Of a stretch of 64,000 bases of DNA, positions 10,459 through 15,725 are shown in pieces. Both the position numbers and the translations under genes were made by a program. Within the stretch, counting starts at the first letter, position 1, and every line of letters starts with the position of its first letter. This stretch comes from an uncultured Flavobacteriales bacterium (GTDB lineage Bacteria > Bacteroidota > Bacteroidia > Flavobacteriales_D > CAJJDF01), in the NCBI GenBank assembly GCA_964021785.1, contig CAXIAX010000002.1, positions 4,801-68,800 of the forward strand, in the 5' to 3' direction. Under the pieces are notes generated by a model, which saw only the letters and a list, made by a program, of their open reading frames with translations, was not told the origin of the DNA and did not search any database.

Positions 10459-10508
10459 CCAGTGCCAAAATTATATTTTTAATTTAAAATACTGTAATTA
10501 CATTAAAA

Positions 10509-11198
10509 ATGGAATATACCGAAGTAAATAGATTGTCTAGATTAACAGCCATGTTAATTCAATTTCAGACGAAGCGAATTATTACAGCAACTGAATTATC
10601 TCAAAAATTTCAAGTTAGCAAAAGGACAATTTACCGAGATGTAAAAGCATTGGAACAAGCTGGTGTGCCTATTTTGACAGAAGAAGGAAAAGGATATACA
10701 CTAATGGAAGGTTATAAAATACCTCCAGTAATGTTTACCGAAAAACAAGCAAATGCCTTAATTCTTGCAGAACAGTTAGTCTTAAATAGCAAGGATGCTT
10801 CATTCGTAAAAGATTATTCGGAAGCTATTGATAAAATCAAATCAATTTTAAAGTATAGTATAAAAGATAAAGCAAATTTACTTACTGATAGAACGCAATA
10901 TAACGAAGTTAAAAATCAAGTAAAAAACAGTGACAATCTATCCGATTTACAAAACGCACTTACTAATTATAACCTTGTGCGAATAGATTACACAAACAAG
11001 GAAAATACAGTAACAACAAGACTCATAGAGCCTTTTGCCATTATAAATTCAACAAATTGGTATTTAGTAGCTTGGTGTCGTTTGCGTAATGAATTTCGTT
11101 TTTTTAGACCTGATAGAATTCAGAAAATGGAAATTTTATCCGAAAATTTTGAACCTCACAATATGACTTTACAGGAATATTTTGATAAATATCATTAG
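10509..11198 (+). CDS. YafY-type transcriptional regulator (N-terminal HTH plus WYL domain)
   Basis: 229 aa. The N-terminus RLSRLTAMLIQFQTKRIITATELSQKFQVSKRTIYRDVKALEQAGVPI is the DeoR/HTH_11 pattern of YafY/WYL regulators. The C-terminus contains WYLVAWC. Confidence 0.75.
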   Translation: MEYTEVNRLSRLTAMLIQFQTKRIITATELSQKFQVSKRTIYRDVKALEQAGVPILTEEGKGYTLMEGYKIPPVMFTEKQANALILAEQLVLNSKDASFVKDYSEAIDKIKSILKYSIKDKANLLTDRTQYNEVKNQVKNSDNLSDLQNALTNYNLVRIDYTNKENTVTTRLIEPFAIINSTNWYLVAWCRLRNEFRFFRPDRIQKMEILSENFEPHNMTLQEYFDKYH

Positions 11199-11239
11199 TT
11201 ATTTTTGACCCTTGCCATAAGGCTGTCATAGACCCAATT

Positions 11240-11247
11240 TACTTTTG
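11240..11247 (+). promoter_or_regulatory. Candidate -7 promoter box (TACTTTTG) for the hydrolase gene
   Basis: Matches TAnnTTTG, 30 nt upstream of the ATG at 11277. Confidence 0.3.
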
Positions 11248-11276
11248 CATCATATTCATTTTAAACAATAAAAAAT

Positions 11277-12239
11277 ATGACAAACGTAATTAACAAAAAA
11301 TTCAATTTGATTGAATTTCCAATTTCCACAATGATTTCTATCAATGGTATAGAATTAGAAGTTTTTGAAGCAGGTAAACAAAATACAGGTAATCCCATTG
11401 TACTTTGCCACGGGTTTCCAGAAAACGCATTTTCTTGGCGTTTTCAAATCCCCGAACTAGTTAAAGCTGGCTATCACGTTATTGTTCCAAACCAAAGAGG
11501 TTATGGAAAATCATCTTGGCCAACGGAAATATCAGCTTATGGTATTGAAAATTTAACAGGAGACCTAGTTGCTCTACTCGACCACTACGGATATGAAAAA
11601 GCTACCTTTATAGGTCACGATTGGGGTGCTAATATTGTTTGGAGTCTAGCATTATTACATCCTGAGAAAGTAAATAAAATAATAAATTTGGCTTTACCCT
11701 ATATGCAAAGAGGAGAAAAACCATGGATAGAGTTTATGGAAGAAATATTTGGACCAGATAATTATTTTGTTCACTTTAATAGACAAGTAGGAGTCGCAGA
11801 TGCTATTTTGGATGAAAACAAATCTCAATTTCTTGGTAATTTGTTCCGAAAAAATGTACCTCTTGCAATGCCTGAACCAGGTATGATGATGATTAATCTT
11901 GCAAAAGCAGAAAAATCACTTGGAGACCCAATAATGAGCGAAAGTGAGTTAGCTGTTTATGTTTCTGCTTTCGAAAAATCTGGATTTACAGGAGGAATAA
12001 ATTGGTATAGAAATCTTGACCAAAATTGGCATTTATTGACAGATGTGAATCCTATCATTAAACACTCTGCACTTATGATTTATGGAAACCAAGATATGAT
12101 TCCTAAATCTGAAAATTTAACAGATTTTGTTCCTAATGTAGAAGTAGTTAGTTTAGATTGTGGTCATTGTATACAGCAAGAACTTCCCGAAGAAACGAAT
12201 AAAACGATTTTAAAATGGCTAGCTAGCCATAAATCGTAA
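11277..12239 (+). CDS. Alpha/beta hydrolase, epoxide hydrolase / haloalkane dehalogenase-like
   Basis: 320 aa with an HGFPE oxyanion-hole motif, a GHDWG nucleophile elbow and a C-terminal GHC catalytic-His region. Confidence 0.8.
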   Translation: MTNVINKKFNLIEFPISTMISINGIELEVFEAGKQNTGNPIVLCHGFPENAFSWRFQIPELVKAGYHVIVPNQRGYGKSSWPTEISAYGIENLTGDLVALLDHYGYEKATFIGHDWGANIVWSLALLHPEKVNKIINLALPYMQRGEKPWIEFMEEIFGPDNYFVHFNRQVGVADAILDENKSQFLGNLFRKNVPLAMPEPGMMMINLAKAEKSLGDPIMSESELAVYVSAFEKSGFTGGINWYRNLDQNWHLLTDVNPIIKHSALMIYGNQDMIPKSENLTDFVPNVEVVSLDCGHCIQQELPEETNKTILKWLASHKS

Positions 12240-12396
12240 AATAATATATAAGCATAGCATATTAATGCCAAATAGATGGACACAGCTAATTTTAAAAAAT
12301 TAGTTGATGAGAAAAATCTGTTTGGCATTTTTATAAAATATCAACCCAAAAGCAGAGTACATCTCTGTAATGGAGAAATAGGAAGAATTCCCAACC

Positions 12397-12506
12397 CCTC
12401 TCCTTCTAATTTTCTTCATTTTCTAACGAATTTCACTACCCATTCGCCAAATTATTCTGTCTTTTTGGGAACTATAATTTAGTGGAAACCTCTATATTCG
12501 TTTTTA
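12397..12506 (+). repeat. Copy 2 of the ~108-bp intergenic element (95 bp perfect core at 12410-12504)
   Basis: Identical to 10324-10418, with a degenerate 13-nt 5' extension (10 of 13 matches). It begins TTCTAAC (12421-12427), ends GTTTTTA (12500-12506) and sits 13 nt upstream of the ATG at 12519. Confidence 0.8.
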
Positions 12507-12518
12507 AATAAAATCACC

Positions 12519-13196
12519 ATGAATAAAACCCTAAAACAAGCTAGTTTTCTTCTTCTATTTTCCTTTGTTTTGTTTGGTTGCAACAGCAATAAAACAAACA
12601 ATAAATTTGAAATGCAACAAGGAGACATATTGTTTCAAAATACAGGGACAGATGAAATAGACAATGCCATAAAAGATGTAACGGCTACTGCCTTGGCAAA
12701 AAACTATTCGCATGTGGGGATTGCCATGCAAAAAGAAGGAAAATGGTTTGTAGTAGAAGCCATACCTAAAAAAGGAATTTGCCAAACTCCTTTACAAAAA
12801 TTCCTAGACAGGCATACAAACAAATTGAACAAATCGCAGACTACTGTAGCCAGACTAGACAGCTATTACCAGCCCTATATTGCTACGGCTATAACTTACG
12901 GACTAGAAAGATTAAATACACCTTATGATGAAGTGTTTTTGTGGGACGATTCTTCTTATTATTGCTCCGAATTAGTGTATAAAATGTTCTCTACTCAAGA
13001 TTTACCCAAAGATTCTATTCCTTTTCTTACTCACCCAATGACTTTTAACGACAGCACAGGAAACCCAATGCCTAGCTGGGAATCGTATTACAAAAAACGC
13101 AATCAGCCAATTCCTGAGGGAATTGAAGGTACAAATCCTAACCTGATGGCGAGCAGTCCGCTTATCACTTTTGTGCACGATTACGAGAACGAATAA
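12519..13196 (+). CDS. YiiX-family permuted papain-like (NlpC/P60 superfamily) lipoprotein
   Basis: 225 aa with a lipoprotein signal (LFGC) and the motifs GDILFQ, SHVGIA and YCSELVY, which are characteristic of YiiX/DUF830-type enzymes. Confidence 0.6.
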   Translation: MNKTLKQASFLLLFSFVLFGCNSNKTNNKFEMQQGDILFQNTGTDEIDNAIKDVTATALAKNYSHVGIAMQKEGKWFVVEAIPKKGICQTPLQKFLDRHTNKLNKSQTTVARLDSYYQPYIATAITYGLERLNTPYDEVFLWDDSSYYCSELVYKMFSTQDLPKDSIPFLTHPMTFNDSTGNPMPSWESYYKKRNQPIPEGIEGTNPNLMASSPLITFVHDYENE

Positions 13197-13380
13197 AAGA
13201 TAATATTACTAATTATTAACTAGTTGTAAACAGTTATTCTTCTTTCTTACTAAGAAAAAACTCCCTCACCTCCCACTACTACTTACAATCCAAAGATTCT
13301 ACTTCTTTTGGACTGAGCAATAACTCATGCCATACTTTTTCATAAAAGAAAAAGTTTATTTTATTTATCTATATTTGTCT

Positions 13381-13466
13381 CATAACAAAACAACTACCTA
13401 TAAAGCTAGTAAACTATATCCCGCGATATAGAGTATACTGTTAACTATATACTGTTGTTCTAAGCC
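13381..13466 (+). repeat. Repeat-dense junction element: CATAAC box, nested palindromes, tandem TATACTGTT repeats and a GTTCTAA box
   Basis: CATAAC at 13381-13386. The palindrome ctatat-cccgcg-atatag spans 13414-13431. The direct repeat tatactgtt occurs at 13434-13442 and 13448-13456, and aactatat at 13412-13419 and 13443-13450. GTTCTAA lies at 13457-13463. Confidence 0.6.
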
Positions 13467-13477
13467 ATTACCTAAAT

Positions 13478-14029
13478 TTGGAAATTGAAAATAAAATATT
13501 ATTAGTATTGGATTTAGACGAAACTCTAATTCATGCAACTGAAAGAAAACTCGAAATTGATTTTGACTTTCAGTATGCTGACTATTTTATTTATCGAAGA
13601 CCACACCTTGAATGGTTTCTGGAGTCTATGAGTGCTGATTTTAAATTAGCTGTTTGGTCCTCTGCTGACGATAAATATGTTGAAGAAATAGTTGAAAGAA
13701 TAAAACCTCCAAGTATTAAGTTTGAATTTGTTTGGGGTAGAACTCGTTGTACAACTAAAAGAGATTATGAACTTGATGAATACGTTCACGAAAAAAGACT
13801 TAAAAAAGTAAAAAAACAAGGGTTTTCAATTGAGCAGATATTGATGGTAGACGATTCTCCTGAAAAGACAAAAGATAATTATGGAAACGCAATTTATGTG
13901 ACAGCTTTTGAGGGAAAACAAAATGATACTGAATTAAAAACTCTTGCGGAATATTTAAACTCAATTAAAAGCACTTCAAATGTGAGAAGTTTTGAGAAAA
14001 GAGGATGGAAAAATAACAAAACGGCTTAG
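13478..14029 (+). CDS. FCP1/NIF (NLI-interacting factor)-like HAD-superfamily phosphatase
   Basis: 183 aa. The catalytic DxDxT motif is near the N-terminus (LVLDLDETLIH), followed by RPHLEWFL...LAVWSS and MVDDSP, matching the CTD-small-phosphatase fold pattern. The only start codon available is TTG. Confidence 0.7.
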   Translation: MEIENKILLVLDLDETLIHATERKLEIDFDFQYADYFIYRRPHLEWFLESMSADFKLAVWSSADDKYVEEIVERIKPPSIKFEFVWGRTRCTTKRDYELDEYVHEKRLKKVKKQGFSIEQILMVDDSPEKTKDNYGNAIYVTAFEGKQNDTELKTLAEYLNSIKSTSNVRSFEKRGWKNNKTA

Positions 14030-14217
14030 AACACTATATATAGCAAATTGGGCGATTAGTGTTTAATCGAAAGGTATGTGTCTATTTGCAAAGTCGCCAA
14101 ATCTTTTGATTTGGTATTAAAGAAAAAAATTAAAACAAAATAAAAAGATTTGGCTTGTGGCTAAACTGAAAGTAATACTTATTTTCTGCCCAACTTGCCA
14201 TATATTTAACGTTATGC
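14023..14217 (+). repeat. Intergenic element A: ~190-nt imperfect hairpin closed by AAC...GTT (attC-like candidate)
   Basis: It starts inside the upstream stop codon (ggcTTAGAAC, 14023-14032). Arm 14036-14052 pairs with arm 14189-14205 (15 of 17 Watson-Crick pairs by my count). AAC 14030-14032 pairs with GTT 14211-14213. It ends GTTATGC (14211-14217). Confidence 0.65.
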
Positions 14218-14237
14218 AAAAATTTATTGCAGCAAAC

Positions 14238-14693
14238 ATGAAAACTTTACCGACAATACTGACAATACTGACAATTTTAATATTTTCATTTTTTTGTAGT
14301 TGTGTTGACAGAAACCCGACTAAAAACCAAGACAATGATGGAACGACTGATTCTATAATTAATTGCTATGAACTGATAGGACAATTACCTAACCTGACAA
14401 TAGAGAACTCAAAATATTATGGCAAAGTCTTTTTGGAAGTTTTTTATGATTCAACTAAGAATTCCTTTGAAAAATATTTAATTGTGAGATCAACAATATG
14501 GAAGAAATCTGACAAATCAGTGTTTAGCCATTATGATTCTGATACAAAAATGTCTGTACCTGAGATTTATACTGAAATTATAAAAGAGATTAAAAACCGA
14601 GTTGACAATTCAGACCTTAAACTGAAACGAAAAGAAAATATTGAAAAATGCGAAGACGTTAATTGGCTCATTTTACCTGTTGAAGTTAAATAA
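14238..14693 (+). CDS. Hypothetical small lipoprotein
   Basis: The track ORF 14157..14693 is trimmed to the in-frame ATG at 14238, which gives MKTLPTILTILTILIFSFFCSC, a lipoprotein signal. The upstream extension lies inside repeat element A. Confidence 0.6.
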   Translation: MKTLPTILTILTILIFSFFCSCVDRNPTKNQDNDGTTDSIINCYELIGQLPNLTIENSKYYGKVFLEVFYDSTKNSFEKYLIVRSTIWKKSDKSVFSHYDSDTKMSVPEIYTEIIKEIKNRVDNSDLKLKRKENIEKCEDVNWLILPVEVK

Positions 14694-14699
14694 AATCTG

Positions 14700-14722
14700 T
14701 GCATAACAAATGATATAGCAAA
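14700..14722 (+). repeat. Truncated copy of the left arm of element A/B
   Basis: tGCATAACaaatgatatagcaaa resembles 14026-14047 (ttagaacactatatatagcaaa). It ends abruptly 4 nt before the ATG at 14727. Confidence 0.5.
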
Positions 14723-14726
14723 CATC

Positions 14727-15476
14727 ATGAAAAAAGCGATTATACTTCTTTTATTTTTCAGTTTAAAGGTGAATGGATTTGGGCAAAAACCAAAACTATT
14801 TATTCATGAGGATGATACCTGTTTTGTTTTACCTGATAGTTTAAAAATGGAAAATTTCTCTTATTTCAACAAACCAAATCAATCTTTTTCTAACGGAATT
14901 TGGATACAAATTATAGACAGTAGTTTTTTCTGTAAGTTCACTTTAAAGAATAACATTTTACACGGAAAATATACCTATTTCCGACCTGAAATTGAAGCTC
15001 AAGGAAACTACACAAATGGAACTAGACAAGGACCATATTTTAGATATAATAAATCAGGTGATATAGTTTACAAGTGTTATTTTGAATCAGGAAACCAATT
15101 AGATTCATACTTTTATTACAACAATAGAAATTTAAAAAAAAGATTTCTTAACACTTCCGATACTACAAGTTTTCATTCATATTATTATTTGAACGGTTTT
15201 AAAAAATCTGAAGGGACATATTTTAACAAATATAATGTTAAAACATCCGAGTTTGACTTTTGGAAAATTGGAAAATGGTCAAATTGGTTTGGTAATGGTG
15301 TGATTAAATCTTCCGGTTATTATAATGACGGCAAAAAGGATTCTGTATGGAAGTATTATAACGAAAAAAGCGAATTTGAAAAATGTGAATATTACAAAAA
15401 AGGAATATTAATTAAATCTTCGTTTACATCAATTATTAATATAGAAGGAAAAGAAATAGGAACACCTGAAAAATAG
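14727..15476 (+). CDS. MORN-repeat-variant protein, YwqK (antitoxin/immunity)-like, with signal peptide
   Basis: 249 aa with repeated G-x-Y/W-x-x-Y/F-x-x-G motifs (HGKYTYFRPE, RQGPYFRYNKSGD, GKWSNWFGNG, KKDSVWKYYNEKSE) typical of the MORN_2/YwqK family. Confidence 0.6.
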   Translation: MKKAIILLLFFSLKVNGFGQKPKLFIHEDDTCFVLPDSLKMENFSYFNKPNQSFSNGIWIQIIDSSFFCKFTLKNNILHGKYTYFRPEIEAQGNYTNGTRQGPYFRYNKSGDIVYKCYFESGNQLDSYFYYNNRNLKKRFLNTSDTTSFHSYYYLNGFKKSEGTYFNKYNVKTSEFDFWKIGKWSNWFGNGVIKSSGYYNDGKKDSVWKYYNEKSEFEKCEYYKKGILIKSSFTSIINIEGKEIGTPEK

Positions 15477-15477
15477 A

Positions 15478-15668
15478 CATTTTCTAACATTATGTATAAA
15501 ACATAGCTGGTAAGTGCTAGTCCGAAAGGTTTATGCCTATTTATAAAGTCCACCAAGTCTTTTTAATTTGGCTTTAGAACGAAAGAGATAAAACAAAATA
15601 AAAAGTTTTGGCTTAGTGCTTAATCGAAAATTAATAACTTTTTAATCACCAACTCTTCTTCTACTAAC
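15478..15668 (+). repeat. Intergenic element B: homologue of element A with a decayed right arm
   Basis: It aligns with element A over ~150 nt and shares the perfect 17-mer taaaacaaaataaaaag (15589-15605 versus 14131-14147). It begins cattttctaac (15478-15488), an 11-mer shared with 10331-10341 and 12417-12427. The right end reads ...ctaacCCT instead of ...ttaacGTT. Confidence 0.65.
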
Positions 15669-15725
15669 CCTCCCGTAAGGCAATTCCTCTAAGTCCGTTC
15701 AATAAAGAATACGCTAGCGCCTTGT

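Noticed and set aside
12276-12482. 68-aa ORF in the track (MDTANFKKLVDEKNLF...). I also considered whether its N-terminal part (KKLVDEKNLFGIFIKYQ) is a remnant of an ABC-exporter C-terminus resembling EELLAQNGIYKNLYEIQ at the end of 8493..10295.
   Set aside because: The 3' half of the ORF is simply the translation of the 95-bp repeat, whose other copy is non-coding. The resemblance to the ABC C-terminus is limited to a hydrophobic pattern. The distance to the repeat differs (~26 versus ~55 nt), and there is no DNA-level similarity that I can see. It may be a very decayed remnant, but this is not supportable.
13473-13480. TAAATTTG as the functional -7 promoter box for the FCP1-like gene. The analogous TATATTTG (complement of 36185-36192) abuts the first Kazal-like gene.
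   Set aside because: I did not list these as features. In both cases the box overlaps or directly abuts the start codon, so the predicted TSS would fall at or after the start codon. They may indicate leaderless mRNAs or may be chance matches in AT-rich DNA. They are mentioned in the findings only as caveats.
14157-14237. N-terminal 27-codon extension of the lipoprotein ORF as given in the track (start at 14157).
   Set aside because: The extension lies inside repeat element A and precedes a perfect lipoprotein signal that begins at the in-frame ATG at 14238. The overlapping minus-strand ORF 14117..14335 is likewise within the repeat and is treated as spurious.
10311-15668. Whether the repeated intergenic elements could be a CRISPR array, a MITE/IS element or tRNA-derived attachment sites.
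   Set aside because: There are only two identical copies, 95 bp long and 2 kb apart, plus two divergent ~150-190-nt copies. This does not fit short regular CRISPR repeat-spacer periodicity. No transposase, integrase, Cas gene or tRNA-like sequence (no GTTCGAATC-type T-arm) is present in the window. Terminal inverted repeats with target-site duplications typical of MITEs were not found around whole elements.
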